In this document: piece by piece, positions 13,073-23,525 of the stretch | How positions within the stretch are numbered: position 1 is the first letter of the stretch | Layout: each line of letters starts with the position of its first letter | Notes under the pieces: generated by a model | The model's database searches: none | What the model saw: the letters and a program-made list of their open reading frames with translations, nothing else | What the model was told of the DNA's origin: nothing | Assembly (NCBI GenBank): GCA_964016885.1 | Contig: CAXHJY010001158.1 | Location: 1 to 64,000 of the forward strand | Reading direction: 5' to 3' | DNA: 64,000 nt | From: Eledone cirrhosa | Taxonomy: Eukaryota | Translations under genes and position numbers: made by a program

Positions 13073-13226
13073 TTAGTTTCCCAGAGTTGTAGCAGTTTTT
13101 ACATTGCCAGTTATTGTGGGTAGATCACACTCAGACCAGCTGGTATCTCTCTTCCACGTTTCACCCGCCTTGACAAACCTCCAGATCTGCCCATCATCAC
13201 GCAGACTGAAACTTTCATCTTGTGCT
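13073..13226 (-). pseudogene. Probable 3' remnant of LINE ORF1 ending LGN*
   Basis: Open frame AQDESFSLRDDGQIWRF...TTLGN* between the microsatellite junction and ORF2, overlapping the ORF2 frame. Confidence 0.55.
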
Positions 13227-13290
13227 GTATATATATATATATACACACGTGTGTGTGTATTTATGTATATATATATATATACACACACAC

Positions 13291-13321
<31 letters not shown>

Positions 13322-13441
13322 CACACGTGTGTGTGTGTATATATATTTATATATATATACACACACGTGTGTGTATATATATATATATATATACACGTGT
13401 GTGTGTATTTATATATATATATATATACACACACACGTGTG

Positions 13442-13472
<31 letters not shown>

Positions 13473-13492
13473 GTGTGTGTATATATATATAT

Positions 13493-13856
13493 CTGTCTCT
13501 CTCCCTGTCTCTCACTCTCCCTCTATCCCCCCTCTCTCTCTCTGTCTCTCTCTCCCCCCCCCCCTCTCTCTAGTAGTAGAGAGAGACAAAGAGAGAGAGA
13601 TATAAACGTATAACCCTAACCAAACCCTAACCCAACCCTAACCCCAACCCTAACCCTAACCTAACCCTAACCCATCTCTCTCTCTCTCTCACCCCCTCTC
13701 TCTCTCTCTAGTAGTAGAGAGAGAGACAAAGAGAGAGAGAGATATAAACGTATAACCCTAACCCAACCCTAACCTCTCTCTCTCTTCTCTCTCTCTCTCT
13801 CCCCTCTCTCTCTCTATTCCCCCCTCTCTATTTCCCCCCCCTCTCTCTCTAGTAGT

Positions 13857-13887
<31 letters not shown>

Positions 13888-13970
13888 TATAAACGTATAA
13901 CCCTAACCCAACCCTAACCCTAACCCAACCCCAACCCTAACCCATCTCTCTCTCTCTCTCTCTCTCTCTC
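13493..13970 (+). repeat. Composite modules: (CT)n-CTAGTAGT-(AG)n-ATATAAACGTATAA-(CCCTAA/CCCAA)n; 3 modules here, 5 in copy B (46858-47543)
   Basis: ATATAAACGTATAACCCTAA at ~13599, 13742, 13887 and at ~46953, 47105, 47281, 47378, 47485. Confidence 0.9.
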
Positions 13971-14112
13971 TTTGTTTTTAACATTGTTTTGTTTTTCTTT
14001 TCTTTTCTTATTCAGATGACAAACGGCAGAGGATACAACAGAAGAAAAGAACAAAGATAATTATTATTATTATTACTATTATTATTTGTTTTATTATAAT
14101 CAAAATATGCTG

Positions 14113-14690
14113 TTAGTTAGATCTGCATTGCGTACATTTTATATAATTTATGCCAGTTCCTTTTCTGCATATCGAACATGGCCATTTCCCTGACGGAATA
14201 GAGTTTTGTCCTCTTTCGTGACACAAAGTACAGCCAGCGGCATCATTGCGGACAGACTTAATCCCGAATTGCACTGACACACTGCCTCGCAATACGGAAC
14301 ACCGCACGTCTTTGATCTTCTTCCCGTCGATCAGCCTCCTTGCCATGCTAAGTACACCTGACGTCTAGCTTCTCTCTTAGCGGCGGCTTTATATTCTTCT
14401 CTACTCCCACTAATTTTCCAAGCATTCCATGCTAGCCTTTAGTCTCCAATGGCCCGATCTACCGTGCTGTCCCACCACCATGTCACTCTCTGTCTGGTTG
14501 GAACTCTGATCCAGCCACAAGTTTAATCAGTAGCCTGCAATAAGTTGTCACATAAGAAAATCGAGTTCTCATGTATGTCATACGACTGTGAATCGTCTTC
14601 TTTTTCGTCATACACATATTGAAGGGCTTTCCTAAATTTCTATTTTAGTGAAATCTCTTTTAGCTTCCAGACCTTTCTTTTTTCCACATC
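14113..14690 (-). mobile_element. Decayed, rearranged RTE-clade fragments; paralog at 16020-16545; copy B at 47686-48263
   Basis: GKWPCSICRKGTGINYIKCTQC zinc-binding motif, also seen at ~22035(+). Reverse-complement similarity to 3040-3300. Confidence 0.7.
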
Positions 14691-15550
14691 TTCCTGTATG
14701 TCTCAATCATACCTGGAGCTGTCCAACATGACCATTGAAATCCCCTGCTAGCATAACGATGTCTCCGTCCTGTCATTGTGGCTGTTTGTAAAAATTGCTT
14801 GTAAATGAAGTCTTTCTTTTCTTTACCTAGCAGAAGCAATTAACACTAACCCAACTGTAACACTAACCCTAACACTAACTTATGCAGGCCTAGGTAAAGA
14901 CAAGAAAGATAAAACAAGGAGTGATGCTTCTTGAATTTTGTGATGCAAGTGTTTTAACCATTTGCAAAACCAACTTCCACAAACCTGCCTCACTGCCGCC
15001 TAATAACCTACAAATCAGGCAAGCACAGAAGCCGGATTTCTCGGTAGTTAGGCAGCGAGACAGACAGATGGGGTGTGAAGTACCAGGGTGTGCCCCGGGG
15101 AGGAATGTTTCCCACAGCGTGGGTTGGTTGTTGGTGATGTCTCGGTTATCTTGAGACGGAGTGAGACGTGCAGGAATACTCTCACGGAATCGCCAAATGA
15201 GGTTTATTTTTCAACATAGTCCCTGGAATGAAACAATGTGGTTATTAAGAAGAATTGAAATTAATGTAAGATTTCACAGATCTATGATCAATCCTTCACA
15301 GTCAGCTTACAAAGTTTTCAGCCAAACCTTGTGTATTTCCAACATTTCAAACCCTATCTAGGACTACATTATCTAATGTACAGTACAGTAGTTAGTATTA
15401 GTGGCTATCAGACATAGTGTATCTAAATGCAACATTTTTAACATTGTTTTTTTTTTCTTTTCTTTTCTTTTCTTATTCAGATGACAGACGGCAGAGGATA
15501 CAATAGAAGAAAAGAACAATGATAATTATTATTATTATTATTGTTGTTAT

Positions 15551-15945
15551 TCCTTGAATCTCAGTCATTGATGTTGGTTAACTGGAAAGTCCGTTGGAAT
15601 GAATATCAAGCCACTACCTGCAGCCTCAGATATTCAGGACGTATCGGAGGGTTCTTGCTGTTCCAAGCAAGCATGCCTTTTGAAGCGTTCCAAAAAGCGT
15701 GAAGGGGCCGATTTTCTTTAACCATCCCTGGAAACTTTTGGAGATGGACAAAAAACTGGAACACAATAGACCTGACCTGGTGGTTGTGGACAAAGAAAAA
15801 AGATCGTGTCTGATTGTGGATGTGGCCTGCCCGTTCAACACGAGAGTGCAAGAGAAGGAGAGGGAGAAAATTAACCGATACCAGGACCTAAAGTGGGAGG
15901 TGAAAAGGATTTGGAACTTCCATGAAGTCAAAGTGATCCCGATTG

Positions 15946-15946
<1 letters not shown>
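15551..15946 (-). mobile_element. R4/Dong-like RLE non-LTR retrotransposon 3' fragment with an inverted 5' part, inside a (TAA)n tract; copy B at 49124-49519
   Basis: Plus strand HNRPDLVVVDK...IVDVACP...EKINRYQDL...VIPI (RLE). Minus strand ISKSFQGWLKKIG...LQKACLLGTARTLRYVLNI* (C-terminus). (ATT)n on both sides. Confidence 0.8.
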
Positions 15947-15986
<40 letters not shown>

Positions 15987-16584
15987 TATTATTTGTTTTA
16001 TTATAATCAAAATATGCTGTTAGTTAGATCTGCATTGTGTACATTTTATATAATTTATGCCAGTTCCTTTTCTACATATCGAACATGGCCATTTCCCTGA
16101 CGGAATAGAGTTTTGTCCTCTTTTCTACTCATCAACACTCATTCGTGACACAAAGTACAGCCAGCGGCATCATTGCGGACAGACTTAATCCTGATTTGCA
16201 CTGACACACTGCCTCGCAATACGGAACACCGCACGTCTTTGATCTTCTTCCCGTCGATCAGCCTCCTTGCCATGCAAAGTACACCTGACGTCTAGCTTCT
16301 CTCTTAGCGGCGGCGGCTGTATATTCTTCTCTACTCCCACTAATTTTCCAAGCATTCCATGCTAGTCTTTAGTCTCCAATGGCCCGATCTACAGTTTCTG
16401 TCTCAACTCGTCTATGCTTGGTCGTTCCCGCACATTGACATTGCACATCCAACGGAGCATGCTTGCTTCATTTCTCTCCAGCCGTCGCATGTCCTCTGCA
16501 GTTGCTGCCCGTGTCTCACTACCATGCAGCATCGCGCATCTAAACCTGGCCCTTACCCTAACCCCAACCTCTTTGGTTTTCGTT

Positions 16585-17420
16585 TTCTCGACGGCTAGCC
16601 GCATTTCGTGATCCGCCTTTCGATTGCGCTTCCGTCGCGGCAAAAGAATTGCCTTTCCAGACCGCCGTCGCCCGACCGGACCCATGATAGAAGACGTTCG
16701 TTACCGTTGGAGCAACGCAAATTACTCCTCGGTTGACGCCAAAAACGAACGCCTTCCCGCCTCGCGCCGCCTTCTCCTCGCCGACCCTCAGCCTCGACGA
16801 TTAGCCACTTTCCGTCACAGCAGTAGATACGCGTCCGTCGTAATAGCCGTCATTTTAACGCAGGAGAAACGCCTAATTGCCCTGCACCGCGTTTGACGGC
16901 GATCTACGACGGCGACGATGCGCGCACTCTTCCTTGCTGCGACGAAGGTTTCGGCTTTTCGTCGTGGACCCGGTCAGGTCATGCCGCTGACCTCGCGTTA
17001 CGGCGACGCGAGAAGACGTTCGTTACCGCTGGAGCAACGCAAATTACTCCTCGGTTGACGCCAAAAACGAACGCCTCGCGCCGCCGCTTCCTCCTCGGCC
17101 TCGACGATTAGCCGCTTTCCGTCACAGCAGTAGATACGCGTCCATCGTAATAGCCGTCATTTTAACGCAGGAGAAACGCCTTGACGACGATATACGACGG
17201 GTCGACGACGCGCGCACTCTTTCTGCTGCGACGAAGGTTTTGGCTTTTCGTTGTGGACCCGGTCGGGTCATGCCTCTGACCTCGCGTTGCGTCGCCACCG
17301 CCGCGGCGGGCTTGGGTTTAGCCGTAGCTACCCTCGTTTTGCCAACGGCGACGCGAGAAGACGTTCGTTACCGCTGGAGCAACGCAAATTACTCCTCGGA
17401 TGAGGCCAAAAACGAACGCT
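16585..17420 (+). repeat. Diverged orphan copy of the 172-bp spacer repeat and ETS-like segment, internally duplicated; copy B at 50158-50993
   Basis: TTCTCGACGGCTAGCCGCATTTCGTGATCCGCC and AGAAGACGTTCGTTACCGCTGGAGCAACGCAAATTACTCCTCGG (3 times) match 23523-24930. Confidence 0.9.
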
Positions 17421-17502
17421 GAAGAGATATTGTCCATGGATATCGGGAATTTTACCCGCCCTAGATAGATAGATAGATAGATAGGGATGTATGTATGTAT
17501 GT

Positions 17503-17538
<36 letters not shown>

Positions 17539-17917
17539 GTATGTATCTTTCTCATTCTCTCTGTATGTATGTATGTATGTATATATATATAATTATATAT
17601 TTATAGACATCCTGAAAGCTTTTTAAATGTCTGAGAGATTGGCTAAATATGTTTTGCAGGTATGACCAGTAAGAGAGAGGTAAGTTATTTCAAAACAATT
17701 CTTTGACCATTATTTTAAGGTACTATCTCAGTGTATTTTTAAATTGACCTCTTGATAGGATGAAATGACCTGTATAATTTTTTTCATATTTAGATGGAAT
17801 AGAAGAAAAACAAGAAAAATGAAATGAATTCAAACAGAAAATATACACCAATGCCAATGGAGGTATGATTTCAGTTTAATCTTAACCTAATGACCACTTT
17901 ACAGAGTGTACTGGATA

Positions 17918-18000
<83 letters not shown>

Positions 18001-18444
18001 AGGAAGCTCCAACCGTTAAGGTTGTCTTTCCATTTATTAATATATTGTGTATTTACTCCACTAAACTGTTGAGTGCTTTATATCAGTTATAAAAAAATTT
18101 CAGCTTGTTGAATCCCAAAATAGTTGTTGAAACAGCCACAGCTCAGCCGTCGGGGTCCTGAATATTTATCATATATATATACGTATGAGTGTGTGTGTTT
18201 TGAGAATTAATAATTATATAAACAAGTTTGTAATGAACAATTTATTTCTTATCAAAACTGTATAAACATGATATTATTTACAGTAAGAATAACAATAATA
18301 ATGATGGTTTCTAGTAAAGGTGGAAGGCCAGTAATTTGGGGGAGGGGAAAGTTGATTAAATCGAAGAGAGAAAGAAAGAAAAAACAGAACGGGAAGGAGA
18401 GGGGATGGCAAGAGGTCCGGTGTCGCAGGAGAGAGGGGAGGGTG

Positions 18445-18945
18445 GTTGAGCTTTGAGTCTAGGGCAAGAGGGCAGAAATGCTGCGCCCCACGGATAAGAC
18501 GGCAAAAATATTCTCGCGGACGATGGCCAGAGATACCCAATGCAACAACCACCCAACCTCGCGGTGTTCCCTCCTCAGATGGGCTGCTGACTCTCCGATC
18601 TTTTGGAGGAGCTCGGCAGTACAAGGTCCAAGTACTCCTGGGGTCTCGACGTTGACTGGTGCAGAGAGGAAGTGGCCGGACAATCCTCGGTATTTGTTTA
18701 TTTTACGTTCTTCTGCGAGGTGGGCTGCGATGCCGGGGTTTGTGACCGAAACGACTTGGAAACGAAGTTGTAGGCGGAGATTGTGTCGTAGCTGGTGGTG
18801 TCCCAGATGAGGGACCTACGTCCTTCGAATGGGAAGAGAGTGATTCCGTCGGGGCGCTTGCCATCTCCGGGACCTGTTGGCCCCAGTTGTGATGGGAAGC
18901 CAGCTGCGTCCAGGCTTCTTCTCAATATGTCGTTGACAACGACGT
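18445..18945 (-). mobile_element. CRE-like RLE non-LTR retrotransposon C-terminal fragment, frameshifted; copy B at 52006-52506
   Basis: GDGKRPDGITLFPFEGRRSLIWDTT..DT and PVNVETPGVLGP...SLAIVREN motifs. Confidence 0.75.
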
Positions 18946-19491
18946 GTATCTATTCAATAATTATTTGAATATTGAAATTTTAGGTTTAACTACCTTTTAA
19001 ACCAAATACATTAAGAAAGGCATGACCAACACCACATCATTTTTATTTCTATTTTGAAAGTAGGTTTATAAGTATTAAATTTCAGTAGATTCTTATATCC
19101 TTCATGGTGGTCTGGTGGGAGATACGAGAGATGGTGGAGGTTCTGGTCTGGGGTTCAATCCTGCTCAGGAGATACTCTAAGGGGGTTCATACTAAACTTC
19201 TTCAGTGTTTCTTATCTCTAGAGACAAATATATATACATAAGGTAATCTGGTAAAGTTGTTAGAACATCACATAGAATTCTTTGTAGTATTTTTTCCAGT
19301 TCTTCAATCTGAGTTCAACTTTACTTTTCTTCCATTCGGGGTTGATAATAACGTACCAGTCAAATACTAGGGGTTAATTCTTCCTCTATATCTCTTTCTC
19401 ACTCTCTGTCTGTTTTATTAAGACCTGGAGAGGTGATGTACTCTACCAGGTTTTATAATGAGTGATGGGGTCATACCTGCCTGCTACACCT

Positions 19492-19814
19492 CTGTGTACT
19501 AAGTGTAGCATATTATATCCTTGTTCAGGGCCTTCCTGACATTACTGTGTACTAAGGGTAGCATTTTATATCCTTGTTCAGGGCCATCTTAACATTGCTG
19601 TGTACTAAGTGTAGCATATTATATCCTTGTTCGGGGCCTTCCTGACATTAGTGTGTACTGAGTGTAGATTTTAACATCCTTGTTCTGGGCCTTCCTAACA
19701 TTACTGTGTACTGAGTGTAGATTTTAACATCTTTGTTCAGAGCCTTCCTTACATTACTGTGTACTAAGTGTAGCATTTCATATACTTGTTCTGGGCCTTC
19801 CTAACGTTACTGTG
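19492..19814 (+). repeat. 53-bp minisatellite, ~6 copies; copy B at 53053-53375
   Basis: CTGTGTACT recurs at 19492, 19545, 19598. Confidence 0.9.
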
Positions 19815-20590
19815 GAAATAGTAGTTTATATCCAATATGTAATATAGATATGGATTCTACAGGACTAAAACTCATTAATATGAGGGGTATTAGTAGATTA
19901 TATGCCATATTTAATAGAGAAATGGCTTCTACAAGACTAAAACTCATTAATATGAGGGGTATTACAGTTTATATGCCATATTTAATACAGAAATGGCTTC
20001 TAAAGGACTAGAACTCTTTAAATTGAATAAAATAGTAGTATATATCCTATGTTTAATACAGAAATGCCTTCTAAAGGACTCATTAATATGAGGGTATTAG
20101 TAGATTATATAACATATTTAATACAGAAATGGCTTTTAAATTCAGGGACTCGTTAATTTGATGGAAATAGTAGTGTCTATGCAATATTTAATACAGAAAT
20201 AGCTTCTACAGGACTAAAACTAATTAATATGAGGGGTATTAGTAGTATATGTGCCATATTTAATACAGAGATGGCTTCTAAATGGAGGTATCTCATTAAT
20301 TCGATTGAAATGGTAGTGTATATGCAATATTTAATACAGAAATAGCTTCTACAAGAATAAAACTCATTAATATGAAGGTTATTATTACATTATATGCCAT
20401 ATTTAATACAGAAATCGGTTCTAAAGGACTAGAACTCTTTAATTCAAATCAAATAGTAGTATAAAGCAATATTTACTACAGAAATGGCTTCTACAAGACT
20501 AAAAATCCTTAATATGAGGGGTATTGTTAGATTATATACCATATTTAATACAGAAATGGCTTCTAAATGAAGAAATCTCTTTAATTCGAT
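19815..20590 (+). repeat. ~71-bp AT-rich minisatellite, ~11 diverged copies; copy B at ~53376-54151
   Basis: TTTAATACAGAAATGGCTTCTA-like motif at ~19910, 19981, 20052, 20117, 20187 and onward. Confidence 0.88.
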
Positions 20591-21246
20591 AGTAATAGTA
20601 ATAATAATAATAGTAATAGTAATAATACAGCCAATTTTCCACGCAATACTTTTAGTTAGCACCCCGAACGCATAATTGGGAATATAATCACTTATTTCCT
20701 AATGTTTGTTGAGTGAGTTGGGAAAAAAAACTTGGGAAATATATTTTCAGGGTCTCAAAATCTTAAAGAGAAAAAAAAGTCCTGTGGAAGGTAGCAAAAC
20801 AATTAGGAAGAAAATGGTTTGAAGTTGGTTGGTGAGTATAAGATTACAGTATCTTGTTGATTTCTATAAAGTTTACTTTTAACTGAATTGGTAAAAATGG
20901 ATAAATTAGAAGACACAATATAATAACTAATATTGTCTTCTAAAACAGGGAATAAAAATATGTTGGTGTATTGGGGGGGGGGGGGGGTAAACATGTGAGT
21001 TAATGGGAATGTTTTTGTTTGTTTTTATTGAAACATATTCAATCTACAGATAGGTTGTTATAGTTATTTAGTCTCGGGTCTGCCATTATCTGCAGATTTA
21101 TAATTGAGGGGTGTTCCAGGTGTGACCACCCTACATTATTCCTAGAGATTGTTACTCCTTCATTCTTCAGTCATCTTGGTCTTCTTATGAGATGGTGGTG
21201 TAGTCTTATTTATTGTTAAGGTTATGGTCTTCCTTTGTCCACACTC

Positions 21247-21280
<34 letters not shown>

Positions 21281-21359
21281 AAAGGCTTCCTTCTCTGGAA
21301 AAAGATGATTTAATATTCACAACCATCTGTCTAATTGTTTTCTGATGAGAATAAAGTTA

Positions 21360-22310
21360 ATCTTGCTTGTATGTCTACCTGATCAAATGACTGGCTGATA
21401 TCTTGAAGTCATTTACACCACAGAACTGTAGGAGTCTTGATCCCTCAAGCCATACCTCTAGCCATCATGTACTCCAAAAGAGTCTCACCTTGGTGCTACT
21501 CAACATGTCCATTAAATTTAGCAGCAAGGATGCCCTCTTCTTAGTGAGAGACAACTACAAGAGAGGTTCTTAGAGAAGAATAAGCCACTATAGTTAACTT
21601 TTGTTGACATAGAGAACCCCGATCTGTCATCTGGTGGTCCTTAAGGAAACTAGGTGTAGGGGAATGGCTTGTGAGGACAGTGCAAGCTATGTACAAGGGT
21701 GCTGTCAGTAAAGTGAGAGGAGGAATTCCAGAAACAAAGTAGGTGTACATCAGGGTTCGGTCCTCAGTCCGCTCTTGTTCATTATAGTCCTCCCTCCCTC
21801 CCTCCCTCCCTCCCTCCAAGCCATAACAGAGGAGGAGTAGTTTAAGACTGGATGCCCATGGGAACTTCTCTATGCTGACGATCTGGTTCTTATAGCAGAA
21901 TCAGTAGAGGAGCTAGCTAGAGAATAAATTCTGGCTATGGAAACAGCAGTAGTTGGAATCAAGAAGACTGAGAGTGAACCTAGCTAAGACAAAAGTGTTT
22001 ATAAGTAGAAGAGAGGACAAAACTCTGATTCTGTCAGGGAAATGGCCATGTTCGATATGTAGGAAAGGAGTTGGCATAAATTCTATGAAATGTAGTACGC
22101 AATGCAGATCTTGGCTACACAAGAGATGTAGTGGGATAGCAGGAAAACTGACTGACAGGTAGGGAGAAATACGTATGCAGTAGATGTACAGGGAAATTTG
22201 ACAGAGATTGCAGTGATAGACACATTTTTCAAATGCAGGTGGGATCTATAGAGGGAGTTGATAGCTTCTGATACCTAGGTGATCAGATTAGTAAGGGAGG
22301 AGGGTGATAT
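21360..22310 (+). mobile_element. Decayed RTE-clade RT fragment; copy B at ~54925-55875
   Basis: GVHQGSVLSPLLF, ELLYADDLVL (CTCTATGCTGACGATCTG), LRVNLAKTKV and GKWPCSICRKGVG, with stops. Confidence 0.8.
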
Positions 22311-22835
22311 AAAATATATTGTTATCATGACTGTCTTTATTATTTAAATTACCTCTGTCTATTTACAGATTTTACAGAGTGTACTGGGTGCTTTTATGAT
22401 GGGAGCAGCAACTCTATACGATTTTACAGAGTGTACTTGGTGCTTTTATCATGGCACATGGCAGCAGCAGCAGCAGCAACTACGATTTTACAGAGTGTAC
22501 TTGGTGCTTTTTACTCTGACATCAGCACTGAGGAAGTTGTCATATTTTCAGCTAAATTAATGAGTAGAAAAACCAAGTTTCTGCTACAAAAAATTCTCAG
22601 ATTCAAGGGAGACATTCAGTTTAAGTATGGTATACTGTCACTAAGGCAGCAAATTGGCAGAGTCGCTAGAATATCAGATAGCATTCTTTACATTATTTGT
22701 TTCAGCTCTCTGTTCTCTCAATTCAAATCCTGCTCAGGTCAACTTTGCCTTTCATCCATACAAAATAGATTAATAAAAGTACCAGTGTATTACTGGGGTC
22801 AATTCTTCTTCTAACTCTTCTGCACTTCCATTCTC

Positions 22836-22872
<37 letters not shown>

Positions 22873-23119
22873 GCTTCTTTAGAACACATCTGCTGTATTC
22901 AGACCTGGAGCGGAGATGGGCTCCACCAAGTTTTAAAAATTGCCCTTTAAGCGCTGTATGTCAATATGGTGCCCCTATGATTCCCTCCCTCAGGAGTTAT
23001 GGGACCATAGATACTGTCAATTGTAAAGAATAACAGAGATATTCAGTGCTAGTGTGGTGTTCTGTCAGTTGTGGAGATTGATGAATCTAAACAGAAATAT
23101 CAACAGCACTTTTCATTTC

Positions 23120-23300
23120 TGAGTAACACATTTGTTACCAAGTGCTGCATGGCTGGAATGAAAATCAGTGCTGTGAAAACCAAGACATTCATCCTCTCAA
23201 GGAAGCTTGTGCAGTGCACTCTACATGTAAATGGAGTCCCACTGAAGCAGGTAGAAAAGTTCATGTATCTCGAAGCTGTGTTCACGAGTGATGACAGAGA
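23120..23300 (+). mobile_element. Short LINE RT thumb fragment; copy B at ~56689-56869
   Basis: GMKISAVKTK...LKQVEKFMYL. Confidence 0.55.
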
Positions 23301-23431
23301 CGGCAAAGGCACAACACACAACAGAAGAAAAGAACAATGACAATTATTATTATTATTATTATTATTATTTGTTTTATTAGTTTTATTATAATAAAAATTG
23401 TGCTGTTAGTTTGCTTGCTATACCATCATGT

Positions 23432-23525
23432 ACCCTAACCCTAAACCTAACCCCAACTCCAACTCTGACCCTAAACCTAACCCCAACCCCAACCCCAACC
23501 CTAACCCTAACCCTAACCCTAACCC
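23432..23525 (+). repeat. Interstitial telomere-like tract (CCCTAA/CCCCAA)n
   Basis: ACCCTAACCCTAAACCTAACCCCAA...CCCTAACCCTAACCCTAACCC directly abutting the 172-bp array. Confidence 0.9.

Larger units (their letters stand above)
10101..13226 (-). mobile_element. CR1-group LINE, 5'-truncated within ORF1, with intact ORF2 and an (ATT)n tail; absent from copy B
   Basis: APE+RT ORF, ~130-nt 3' UTR (10121-10250), minus-strand (ATT)n tail at 10101-10120. Copy B has only the microsatellite at the matching site. Confidence 0.93.
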
